Position numbers and translations under genes: made by a program. From a virus, in IMG/VR virus record IMGVR_UViG_3300008261_001864, positions 1-64,000 of that record: a stretch of DNA of 64,000 nucleotides; one strand, given 5' to 3'. Position 1 is the stretch's first letter. Each line of letters opens with the position of its first letter. This document shows, one piece after another, positions 8,512 through 17,168 of this stretch. The notes below the pieces were generated by a model, which did no database searches, was not told where the DNA came from, and saw nothing but the letters and a program-made list of their open reading frames with translations.

Positions 8512-8838
8512 CTAGCCCACCGCAATAATCATCTCGACCTCGCCATCGCGGTTCATCTGGCGAGACTCGATCATGATGCCCTGACGGGCGCACTCCAACT
8601 TGTACTTGGCCTCTCCGTAGTGCATACGGAACAGACCCAGCTTGTCGGTGGTGTGGCCGTAGTCGGTGTCGCCTGTGATGTCACCCGTCTTGAGGTTGAG
8701 GGTGGCGTTCTTCATGGTCCCGCTCGTGAAGCGGAGTCCGTTGACATCCTCGACGAACGAGATGCCAGCGGCGGTTGCAGCCTGCTTGGCGAGCGCCAAG
8801 TCCTTGATCTCGGTCTGCGTGGTAACTCGGTGGGACAT
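8512..8838 (-). CDS. DUF1257/Ycf35-like protein
   Basis: MSHRVTTQTEIKDLALAKQA...DYG...YG...ARQG..I pattern, and its position between DUF2997-like and Ycf46 genes. Start at ATG 8838 with GAGGA RBS. Confidence 0.75.
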   Translation of the reverse strand: MSHRVTTQTEIKDLALAKQAATAAGISFVEDVNGLRFTSGTMKNATLNLKTGDITGDTDYGHTTDKLGLFRMHYGEAKYKLECARQGIMIESRQMNRDGEVEMIIAVG

Positions 8839-8857
8839 AGTGTGTTCCTCTCTGAGC

Positions 8858-9040
8858 CTAGCGGCCCTGGGTTTCGTGAACGGTGTCGCACTCGGGTCCA
8901 ATCTCCTCGTCGGAAAGCTGCTTGCCGACTGCGTTGGTGACCCGGTAAATCTCGCTGCAAAGGTGCGAACCACGGTCCAGCACCTCCGTGACAACCTTAC
9001 CGTCCTTCTTGATAACAACCTTGACTCGCATCGCGGGCAT
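8858..9040 (-). CDS. DUF2997-like small protein
   Basis: VKVVIKKDGKVVTEV...G..C..I....G pattern; GGAGG RBS before ATG 9040. Confidence 0.72.
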   Translation of the reverse strand: MPAMRVKVVIKKDGKVVTEVLDRGSHLCSEIYRVTNAVGKQLSDEEIGPECDTVHETQGR

Positions 9041-9059
9041 CGTGTCCTCCTCTACCCCT

Positions 9060-9680
9060 TCATACACCAGAACCCTTGAACTTCACTCGCCCGCCAACCG
9101 GGACGACGTTTGTGGCTGGCTCTGGTGCCGCCCACGCATCTCGTGGCGGTGTCTGATCCCCTCTTACACCGGCCAACATCCGGCCCCCTTGAAAAGGTGA
9201 GTTGATAGGGAAAGATTCTGGTCGCACGGCTGGCTCCCTCGCCACAACAGGCTCGACGGGCTGCGTCGGAGGAACCTCGACGGGCGCAGGGGTGACAACA
9301 GGCTCCGCTGCGATAGGCCTGGTCACAACGGGCGGTCGCCGTACCTCTGCGACAGGCTCGGCCCGCACGGGTGCCTCGATGACCGGCGTGGCATCGGGGT
9401 CAACCCACGATCTGATGTCGGGCGGCCTGCTGGCATCGAGGGACAGGAACTTCTTGCCCGCGATGATCTTGAAAAGGGGGTCGGCAGGGTCCATGCGAGG
9501 AGTGTTCTTGAAAAGCCGGTCCTCCCATGTGTTGACCCGCATATCAAACCGACTCTGGCCGAACAGGCTACGAGTACAGTCGGGGTTGATGCACCGCTTG
9601 CACCACCCCTCTTGAAAGGTCGCCAACGGCTCCCCAGCGGTGTTGCACTCGGACAGTTGATCTCGTCGCGGGACCGTCAT
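9060..9680 (-). CDS. Hypothetical protein with Cys cluster and Pro/Val/Ala-rich linker
   Basis: ATG 9680 overlaps the polymerase stop (ATGA); EC...WCKRCINPDC. Confidence 0.75.
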   Translation of the reverse strand: MTVPRRDQLSECNTAGEPLATFQEGWCKRCINPDCTRSLFGQSRFDMRVNTWEDRLFKNTPRMDPADPLFKIIAGKKFLSLDASRPPDIRSWVDPDATPVIEAPVRAEPVAEVRRPPVVTRPIAAEPVVTPAPVEVPPTQPVEPVVAREPAVRPESFPINSPFQGGRMLAGVRGDQTPPRDAWAAPEPATNVVPVGGRVKFKGSGV

Positions 9681-12532
9681 GCACCCCTCTCCTCCCCTAC
9701 CTTGCCGTCCGATAGGTTCTTCTCCAGTAGTTGCTCTGCGAACCGTCCCGCGTTGACCCGTATCTTGAGGTTGGGGTCGATCAGTACGTTGCCAAACCCG
9801 TCGATGAGCCGCAGGTAGTGGCCCGTGTCCACCGTCATCCAACGCCCGATGGCCTCCCTGACCTGTGCGACCGAGAGCGCCGTCGTGGTCTTGAGCCGTA
9901 CCGTGGCGGTCCTCACCTTCTCGGTACCCTGCTGGGCAGGTGCGGAGGGCGGCGGGGGTGCCGTGGGGGCCACCGCCACAGGTGCCGCCGCAGGTGCGGG
10001 TGTTGTCTGGGGGGCGACCTCAACGGCTGGCTCGACCTGCTTGGCTTCGACGGCTACTGCGGTGCCCTGCGGGACATAGGGCAAGAGGGCGGCCGGTACC
10101 TTCTTGTAAACGTACCCGTGAGAGATGAAACCACCCTCGGGAGGCTGCTCGCCTTCCTTGGCCCTGTGGCACCCGAACTCGGCACCCCAAGACTCTCCCA
10201 GCAGCGGGTCCGTCACCAACGGGACCAGCCACTTGGGCGAGTAGGGCGGCCTCGCCATGATGGTGGGCTTTTCCATCTCGCGGGTCAACACGGGGATGAC
10301 CTCGAACACGAGATCATGCCGCACCTCAAAGACCAACTCATCGTGGACGGTCAGGAGCATCCTGACCGCATCCGCTGCGTCCTTGAGCCAGCCTTGGCGG
10401 TACAGTTCCTTGTGGATCAGCACCATGCTGATCTTCATGATGTCGGCACCGCTACCCTGGATCGGGTAGTTCGTCGCATGACGCTCGCCAGACGCCCGTA
10501 GGCTCCGAACGTCCTCCTCGGTCTGGACAATCTTGCCCCATGAGTCCTTCTGGCCCTTCTGGAGGTTGGCGTCGGGAATCGCAATCCATCGCCCGAACGC
10601 CGTCCACACTCCAAGGTCACGCTTGACCTTCTCGTGCTGACCCTTGACCCAGTTGGCGAACGTGGACACGGCCTTGTCGAACGCCTGCTTGCGCCGCTGG
10701 GCCTCCAGCCGGTTGCAGCCGGTCGCCCGCATGATGGAGGCGGGGCCGCCGCCGTACACAAGGGCGAAGTTCGCCACCTTGCCCATCTTGCGTTCGTCCT
10801 TGGTGACCTCCTTCTTGTTGAAGAACGCCCTCGCCGTGATGCTGTGGAGGTCGCCGTCGCCGTTCTGGAACTCCTTGATCCAGACAGGCTCGTTGGAGAG
10901 GTTCGTGACGATACGGAGTTCCTCGGCGGCGTAGTCGCACTTGACCATCGTGTATCCCGGCCGGGCCACGAAACTCGTGCGGACGTCCGAGGTGCCAGGG
11001 ATGCCGTGGATCGGGATGCCGCTGAACCCGTCCTCCGCGTTGCCTGCGGGGGCCGAGAAACGTCCCGTCGCTGCACCCGTCTGTTTGAACGAGAACCGCA
11101 GTTCATCGTTACGGTCAGGGTTCGCGGACAGGCTCTCCAGATAGGTACCCAGCATCTTATCTTCTTCGCGGTACCCGTCCACCCACTCCAGCACCTCGGG
11201 GGCGTTGACGCCCAACTCCTCCCTGATGGCCTTGAGGCTCTCGTAGTCCGTCTTGTACTGCTGGGACTTCTCGTTCAAGGGAGGCTTGGGGTTGATGTTC
11301 AACCCCCGCTCGCCAAAGAGGAACTCGCCAAGTTGCTTGGTGGAGCCAGGCTCGAACGCCTCAAAGCCCTTGGAGGTCGCCAATGCAACGATCTTGTCGC
11401 GGTACTCCTGCCACTTGGCCCTGTGGGCGTTCCGCAGCCCCTCCAGACGGCTCCGATCCACCCTGACCTTGTTACGCTCCATGACGCGGACGACCTGCGT
11501 GACCTGCTTCTCCAGCCGGTAGATGAACTTTCGACCCGTCGGGTCCCTGTCGATGACAGGCAGGAGGTCGGGTCTGGCACACAGGAGCCGCGTACAGATG
11601 GCGTCGGAGCCAGCGTACTTGACGACACCTGGCTCGTCAGGGGAGAGGCTCGGGAAACTGATCTTCCGCGATGTCGGGAACAGTTCCTTGAGCTTTATCA
11701 TCTCGTAGGGCGACCCGTCGGGGGCGCGTAGCAACTGTGCGGCCTTGTCCTTGAGGGACAGGTTGTGGTCGCCCGAGTACAACGTGAAGTAGGCGAGCAT
11801 CCCGTCCTCGAAGGAGTCGGGGTGCCAGAAGTCAATGCCCGTCACAGGGTACAGGAACTCTTGGTCGAACTTGGCGTGCCAGAAGTCGATCACCACCCTC
11901 GGGGGCGTCTCGAAGTCCTTGAAGGCCAGCGGGTCTGTCTGGCCGGGCTTGGGGGTCGGCTGCGCTGCCCGACAGAGCCGTGTGATGGCGGCCTCGACAC
12001 GCTCGACGGGTTTCACATTGAGGTCAGGGCCACCGTCCAGCGCCTTGTGTCGGACGGGGATGTAGTAACCCGTCTTGGCCTCACCGACCGCGATACAGAA
12101 GCCGACGATCTGATGGTGGGTGCGGGGCCGTCCCTGTGCGTCCCACTCGATGCGGTTGTCCAGCCCTTCCGTCTCAAGGTCCAGCGAACACTTGCCGTTC
12201 GCCAACGCCTCATCGACGATACGCTCAACCTCGTCCGAGGTACGCACCAGCACGAACTCGTGGTACTTCATCCACGGCTTCGTGATGTCGGGCACCTCCC
12301 GCTCGGCCTTGATGCCGGTGGCACTCAGGAACGATTCGAGATCGTCGCCCTCGTCCTCATCCACCTTGAAAAGGCTGGTCTGTTTCGTTGTCTCGGAGGC
12401 GACAGCTTCCCGCAACTCGGACACGAGGTCCAAGTCATCGGGTTCCTCGGCGGGTGGGGTGGGTACCTTCGCGGGTGCGGCTTCCTCGTCCAACAGGGCT
12501 GCGATGTCATCCAAATCGTCGATTTCAGTCAT
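9677..12532 (-). CDS. polA: Family A DNA polymerase with 3'-5' exonuclease domain and acidic N-terminal extension
   Basis: ExoI LDLETEGL, ExoII HAKFD, ExoIII YAGSD, ATGRFS, motif A DYAAEELR, motif B RKMGKVANFALVYG, NYPIQGSGAD, motif C TVHDEL. Start ATG 12532 with GGAGGAG RBS. Confidence 0.96.
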   Translation of the reverse strand: MTEIDDLDDIAALLDEEAAPAKVPTPPAEEPDDLDLVSELREAVASETTKQTSLFKVDEDEGDDLESFLSATGIKAEREVPDITKPWMKYHEFVLVRTSDEVERIVDEALANGKCSLDLETEGLDNRIEWDAQGRPRTHHQIVGFCIAVGEAKTGYYIPVRHKALDGGPDLNVKPVERVEAAITRLCRAAQPTPKPGQTDPLAFKDFETPPRVVIDFWHAKFDQEFLYPVTGIDFWHPDSFEDGMLAYFTLYSGDHNLSLKDKAAQLLRAPDGSPYEMIKLKELFPTSRKISFPSLSPDEPGVVKYAGSDAICTRLLCARPDLLPVIDRDPTGRKFIYRLEKQVTQVVRVMERNKVRVDRSRLEGLRNAHRAKWQEYRDKIVALATSKGFEAFEPGSTKQLGEFLFGERGLNINPKPPLNEKSQQYKTDYESLKAIREELGVNAPEVLEWVDGYREEDKMLGTYLESLSANPDRNDELRFSFKQTGAATGRFSAPAGNAEDGFSGIPIHGIPGTSDVRTSFVARPGYTMVKCDYAAEELRIVTNLSNEPVWIKEFQNGDGDLHSITARAFFNKKEVTKDERKMGKVANFALVYGGGPASIMRATGCNRLEAQRRKQAFDKAVSTFANWVKGQHEKVKRDLGVWTAFGRWIAIPDANLQKGQKDSWGKIVQTEEDVRSLRASGERHATNYPIQGSGADIMKISMVLIHKELYRQGWLKDAADAVRMLLTVHDELVFEVRHDLVFEVIPVLTREMEKPTIMARPPYSPKWLVPLVTDPLLGESWGAEFGCHRAKEGEQPPEGGFISHGYVYKKVPAALLPYVPQGTAVAVEAKQVEPAVEVAPQTTPAPAAAPVAVAPTAPPPPSAPAQQGTEKVRTATVRLKTTTALSVAQVREAIGRWMTVDTGHYLRLIDGFGNVLIDPNLKIRVNAGRFAEQLLEKNLSDGKVGEERGA

Positions 12533-12534
12533 GG

Positions 12535-12951
12535 TTACGGCTCCTCCACGATCACCACATACACCGACTCCCGCCACAGCCGGATGAGTTCCTGCCCGAT
12601 TTCTGGAGGCACCCCGACGGGTTCAAAACAGGTAGGCATCTTGGGGGCTTTCGGGATGCAGTCGGCCTTACGGTAGAAAATGCACTTGCCCGACAACGCG
12701 CATTGGCGCGAGTCGGGCGACAGTCGGTGCAGGATGAGTTGTGGGGATGGCCCCAGAGCCTTTACGAGCGGACTCGTCCAGCCATGCAGCGCGTGATCGA
12801 CCATCTCCTTGGTGGTGACCAGCAGGTACTCGGCGTAGCGGCTGGTCCTCAGAGGCTCCCAAGCGGCTTCCCAGACGCCAGCCTTGCTGCGAACCAGCAT
12901 GAGGTGGAGGTCGCCCATCTCACGGGTCTGGAGTTTGATCTGTCGAGCCAT
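12535..12951 (-). CDS. Hypothetical Cys-containing protein
   Basis: 138 aa; four spaced Cys; translationally coupled to its neighbours. Confidence 0.75.
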   Translation of the reverse strand: MARQIKLQTREMGDLHLMLVRSKAGVWEAAWEPLRTSRYAEYLLVTTKEMVDHALHGWTSPLVKALGPSPQLILHRLSPDSRQCALSGKCIFYRKADCIPKAPKMPTCFEPVGVPPEIGQELIRLWRESVYVVIVEEP

Positions 12952-13880
12952 CAGTCTTGCTCGTCGTCGTCGCCGTAGCCCTCCTCAACGACGGGAGCGG
13001 GTCCAACTCGACCCTGCTGACGGTCAGCCAGCACCATCCCGAAGTTGTTGACCCCCTGCGGGATCACGAGGCCCGCCTTGCGGCGCAGCACGTTGGTACG
13101 AAAGGGGCGGTAGTCCACATGGTGGTGCCACCGTCGGAACTTCCAGACCACCTCCGCAACGTCGGGGTGCATGGCGGCGAGCATCCTGCTCTTGTTGAGC
13201 GTACCCTCGATCTCGTAGAACTCTCGGGTGTTGCCGCCCGTCATCCGCTGGGTCGCCACCTTCCCACACAGGAAGGCGTTGAACTGCACGGTCACCCACT
13301 TGTCCTTCAAAACCCGCAGGGACAGGTCGGTGTCCTCGTTGTAGCGCCCCCGCCAACGGTACTGGATGTCGTTGCGGATCAGTAGGCACGAGTAGATACG
13401 GGTGTTCAGCACATAGGGGGGCAGAGCATCGACGGCCTTGGCGAACCCTTGGTAGTTGAAGCCCGCGACCGCGACATTCTCGTACCGTTCCACAAAGTCC
13501 TCGGCGGCTCGAAAGACGCTGCCCGTCTCACAGACGATGCGGGTGTTGCGGTTCATCCTGTAGAAATGCTCGAAGTTGTCGTCCATCACCCAATGCCACG
13601 CGGCCCCCTCCGAGATCGCATGATCCCAAGCGAAGTTGCGTGCGGGGCCTGGCCCCTTGCTCTTGGTGGTCCCAAGATCATCGAAGGCGTCGTACTCCTC
13701 GATGTACCGTGGGGGTAGGATGAGTAGCTTGTCGGCTCCGACCTCGGCGGCGTACAGGTCGAACTCGGGTTCCTCGACGATGATGCGGTACGGGGTCCGC
13801 ATCCGATCCAGCGCCTTGCTGGTCAGCCGCGACTCCCATCGGCCCTTCGACACCACATAGATGGGGTGGCTAGGATTCAT
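12951..13880 (-). CDS. GT-A-fold DNA-base glycosyltransferase (TET/JBP-associated, GREB1/JGT-like)
   Basis: IYVVSKGR, GPARNFAWDHA, WVMDDN, RIYSCLL, WRGRYNEDTDLSLRVL, GGN motifs. Start moved to ATG 13880. Confidence 0.82.
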   Translation of the reverse strand: MNPSHPIYVVSKGRWESRLTSKALDRMRTPYRIIVEEPEFDLYAAEVGADKLLILPPRYIEEYDAFDDLGTTKSKGPGPARNFAWDHAISEGAAWHWVMDDNFEHFYRMNRNTRIVCETGSVFRAAEDFVERYENVAVAGFNYQGFAKAVDALPPYVLNTRIYSCLLIRNDIQYRWRGRYNEDTDLSLRVLKDKWVTVQFNAFLCGKVATQRMTGGNTREFYEIEGTLNKSRMLAAMHPDVAEVVWKFRRWHHHVDYRPFRTNVLRRKAGLVIPQGVNNFGMVLADRQQGRVGPAPVVEEGYGDDDEQD

Positions 13881-14181
13881 CGACGTACCGCTTGTCGGTG
13901 CCAGGCCCACCCCAATGAGACTTGTAGGGATGCCAGATGCTCTTGGTCTTGGCGTTCAACTTCTGGCCGATGCGGGCCGCGAAGTCGTCGAGGTCCTCCT
14001 GCGAGTTGAAGCGGACCACGATGGTCGCATAGGCCACCTGCTTGTCCTGCACGAACTCGGGCATATTCTGCCACTCACGCCGCCACACAGGCTCGCCCTC
14101 GGGGTCACCAAGGCCCGTGGCCTCCAAAAACGAGTCAATGTCGTCGCCGTCGTCATCTTCCCAACGCCTGTCCTGACTCAT
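13870..14181 (-). CDS. Small acidic partner of the glycosyltransferase
   Basis: EWQNMPEFVQ...IVVRF..QEDLDDFA..IGQ....KTKSIWHP pattern, which I recall from phage genes upstream of this glycosyltransferase family; overlaps the GT start. Confidence 0.7.
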   Translation of the reverse strand: MSQDRRWEDDDGDDIDSFLEATGLGDPEGEPVWRREWQNMPEFVQDKQVAYATIVVRFNSQEDLDDFAARIGQKLNAKTKSIWHPYKSHWGGPGTDKRYVDES

Positions 14182-14801
14182 CGCTGCCTCTCCTTGGCCC
14201 CTATCTTGTCGAGGACCTGCCGCATCACCACGACAGCCTCGGCGTTCGTCTGCTTGCCGTTCGTGAGCCGCCAGCGGAGCCGATCCAGCACGCTGCCGAC
14301 CCGCAGGTATCCGTCCATCGTGAAGCTGGGTTTAGCGGCACGCAGCCGCCTCTCACAGACACCCAACAACTGCTCGGCCTCCGTCGAGATAGGACCTTCC
14401 TCGAAGGTCACAACCTCTCGGGGCAACTCGGGGGTCGGTAACCCGAAGGCCCGCTCCATGAGCGCCAGTAGCCGTGTGAAGGGAACGTCGAGTTGCTCGA
14501 ACTTCTTGAACAGGGCGATGCAGTCCCACTTCTCCTGACAGACAAAGCACCACACGCCCGCTGGCTTGCCATCCGTCGCCGGATAGTACCTGGTGGACGG
14601 CTTGTTGTCCTTGCCGTGGAAGGGGCACGAGAACTGCTCGGGCTTGTGGCCGTTGTAGCGTAGGGCCGACCCGTAACGGGCCAACACGTCCCCGACCTCT
14701 ACCCTGTCCCGCAAGGTGGCAACCCGCTGCCGCACCCATTGACGGGCGGCCTCGGACTGCCGTGCCTCCTGTGTCGCTTCGGCGTGGAAGTCCCTTGCCA
14801 C
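14178..14801 (-). CDS. Stand-alone primase-type CHC2 zinc-finger protein
   Basis: FSCPFHGKDNKPS...WCFVC...DCIALF; no TOPRIM motifs follow. Confidence 0.85.
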   Translation of the reverse strand: MARDFHAEATQEARQSEAARQWVRQRVATLRDRVEVGDVLARYGSALRYNGHKPEQFSCPFHGKDNKPSTRYYPATDGKPAGVWCFVCQEKWDCIALFKKFEQLDVPFTRLLALMERAFGLPTPELPREVVTFEEGPISTEAEQLLGVCERRLRAAKPSFTMDGYLRVGSVLDRLRWRLTNGKQTNAEAVVVMRQVLDKIGAKERQR

Positions 14802-14808
14802 TGTGACC

Positions 14809-16281
14809 TCACACGTTGTTCATGGCGTCCAAGACCGCCTGATGATCCTCGACACCCATGCCGCGACCGTCGCTGCCCTGCCATGTGTCGAGGTTGTAGA
14901 TGCGGCGGCAGGCGAACTCGACCTTCGCCATGAACGGCTCAATCAGCGGGTTGTCTCGGTTCTTCATGTTGCAGAACAGGGTGGTGCCGTTCTTGCGATG
15001 CTCGTCGTCGAGGAACGTGGTCGTGATGACGTCCGCTGACTTCTCGACCTCGTTCGCATAGGCAAGAGCCGACATCTTGTAGCGGCCCTGATTCTTGACG
15101 GCCTCCTCCTTGCCCTGACGGTTGATCTGGAACAGAAGCAGGGTGGGGATTTTCTCACCGTTGTTGAAATGCAGGCAGAACTTCTTGGTGTCGCGGATGA
15201 TGCTGTTGAGTTCGACCGTGTAATCCTTGGCCCGCTTCTCTTTCCGCGCCTCCATAAGCTGCCCGTGGTCAATGACCACCAGCCCAATCTCCATCTGCTT
15301 GTGGGTGAGTTCGGCGTCCATGCGGATGTCCGTGATCGTCATGTCACGGTCGGGGGCGCGAATCTCGAACGAGCAGTAGTCTTGGTTGTTGCAAAAATCG
15401 TCGATGACCGTCTGGTAGAAGGCTTCATCCTCGGGCGTCAGTTCGCCGTCGCGCACCTTGCGGTAGTCGAGGGGGCGATACCCCTGCGCCCGAAACTTCG
15501 CATGGCTGCTGTGGAGGACGTAAATCTGGAGCCGCAACTGCTCGTAAGGCATCTCCAGCGAGTAGTAGAGGACGTTCGTGCGGTAGCGGGTGACGAGGTT
15601 GTAGCACCAGTTGAGAGCGAAGGTGGTCTTGAGTTCGCCAGGGAACGCCGCGTGAACCCAGAGTTCGCCCTTCTTGATGCCGTGGCTCACCGAGTCGATG
15701 TTGTTGAGGCCGGTGAACCGACCCCACACCTTGTCCTTGTTGACCTTGGCATCCTTGTAGGAGTCCCACATGGCCTGCCCGTCTAGCCGGATGTCGCCAG
15801 CCGTTCGGGCATTGAAGTCCGAGATCACAAGGTCATGGGCCTTCTGCTGGAAGTAAACAAGCCCTTCCCTGACGCCCTGCTTGCGTATCTTCTCGCGCCC
15901 CTCCTGCACCACCAGACCCTTGTTGATGATCTCGTGGGCCTCCTTCAAGAGGGCCGACGCCTTGATGCGGTTCTGGTCCTCCTGTAGGGTCTGGATGAGG
16001 TGCGTGTAGTTGGTTCGGATGTACCACGGGGCGGCCTCAACGTCCTTGAGACGCTCCGTTACCTCGATGTCGCCGGTCTTGTCGAAGTAGTCAGCGACCG
16101 TCTGCCCGCTGGGCATTTCGAGACGCTGCTGGAAGTATTGCTTGAGGAAGTCAAAGAGCCGCCCGTCGTCGGGGCGCGTCCACTCCAGATGCGACTGCAC
16201 GAGCTTCTGGAAGTTCTGGACGAGGTTCTCGGGCGCGATGTTGCTGTCGAAGTCAATGCACGAGCGTAGGAGCCTTTTCAT
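14809..16281 (-). CDS. DnaB-like (SF4) replicative helicase
   Basis: TGLNNID...GIKKGEL, Walker A variant AAFPGELKTT, YSLEM, LVVIDHGQLM, QINR, VEKSADV, KNRD. Confidence 0.9.
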   Translation of the reverse strand: MKRLLRSCIDFDSNIAPENLVQNFQKLVQSHLEWTRPDDGRLFDFLKQYFQQRLEMPSGQTVADYFDKTGDIEVTERLKDVEAAPWYIRTNYTHLIQTLQEDQNRIKASALLKEAHEIINKGLVVQEGREKIRKQGVREGLVYFQQKAHDLVISDFNARTAGDIRLDGQAMWDSYKDAKVNKDKVWGRFTGLNNIDSVSHGIKKGELWVHAAFPGELKTTFALNWCYNLVTRYRTNVLYYSLEMPYEQLRLQIYVLHSSHAKFRAQGYRPLDYRKVRDGELTPEDEAFYQTVIDDFCNNQDYCSFEIRAPDRDMTITDIRMDAELTHKQMEIGLVVIDHGQLMEARKEKRAKDYTVELNSIIRDTKKFCLHFNNGEKIPTLLLFQINRQGKEEAVKNQGRYKMSALAYANEVEKSADVITTTFLDDEHRKNGTTLFCNMKNRDNPLIEPFMAKVEFACRRIYNLDTWQGSDGRGMGVEDHQAVLDAMNNV

Positions 16282-17144
16282 ACCGGCCCTCCCCCACCAC
16301 GCTTCTTGCCACCCTTCTTGAAGCGAGGAGCGTCGTCGCCAAAGATTGCCCCCATCTCCACGGCGGGTGCCGTGAACTGCGAGGCAGGGGCGTGGGTGGG
16401 CCTCGGAGCCGGTTCTGGGCTTGGCGTTCGGACCCCCATGCCAACGTCCTCGTCGTCCTCCGTCCCGTCAAAGCCGTGGAGGGCATCCGTGGGGCGTTGC
16501 TCGATGACGAGGTTGATGACCTCAAAGAGCCGGTGGATGTAGCCGCCGACGTCCTCGTTGTACGAAAAGTGGCCGTAGCCAAACGGGCTGCTGGGCACCT
16601 CGACGAGCCACGTTGGCTTATCAGCCGCCTCCCGCAGCATGAGGGCTTCCTTGAGGACGCCAGGCATGGCGACGTTCTTGTATCCGAGGAAACCCAGCCG
16701 CAGGATCACGAGGTCGATCTCGGGGCCGACCAAATCCCCGATGCTGTTGTAGGTCACCACGTCGTCCCGCGTGTCGCGGGAGCGCGTCTTGTAGGACTCG
16801 TTCCCCAGATAGACGGTCTTGAGTTTCTCGTCCGTCACGATGCGGTAGCGGAACATCGGCCCCTTGCAGGCCAGCGTCCACTTGAGGTGGGGCAGCAGGT
16901 CCGACCAGTAGGACTTGATGAACAGGTTGTCGCCGGTTCGGTCCACCTTCGGCGGCAGCCCCTTGCCCGCCAACTCGTAGAGAGGGCTGCGCGTCATGGT
17001 GGGCGCGGAAGCGATCTCGGGTCCGAGGTACGCCTTCAAGGTCTTGGCGTAACTACAGATACATTGGGTGACACGGCCCTCGTCGCCATCGACGTGGGTG
17101 AACCCCGTGTAGTTGCACTTGGAGCAGCCCTTTTGCTCGGTCAT
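16278..17144 (-). CDS. DnaC/DnaI-like helicase-loader homolog with degenerate ATPase motifs
   Basis: N-terminal CSKC..TG...CIC Zn motif, NLFI strand, DLVILRLG, LMLR....KPTW; directly upstream of the helicase. No GxxxxGKT. Confidence 0.55.
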   Translation of the reverse strand: MTEQKGCSKCNYTGFTHVDGDEGRVTQCICSYAKTLKAYLGPEIASAPTMTRSPLYELAGKGLPPKVDRTGDNLFIKSYWSDLLPHLKWTLACKGPMFRYRIVTDEKLKTVYLGNESYKTRSRDTRDDVVTYNSIGDLVGPEIDLVILRLGFLGYKNVAMPGVLKEALMLREAADKPTWLVEVPSSPFGYGHFSYNEDVGGYIHRLFEVINLVIEQRPTDALHGFDGTEDDEDVGMGVRTPSPEPAPRPTHAPASQFTAPAVEMGAIFGDDAPRFKKGGKKRGGGGPV

Positions 17145-17168
17145 GTGCGCCTCATACACCGGCAAGGG

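Noticed and set aside
9158-9170. Fifth class A motif copy as a functional promoter/RBS
   Set aside because: Intragenic, with no adjacent ATG and no upstream A-tract; counted as a sequence match only.
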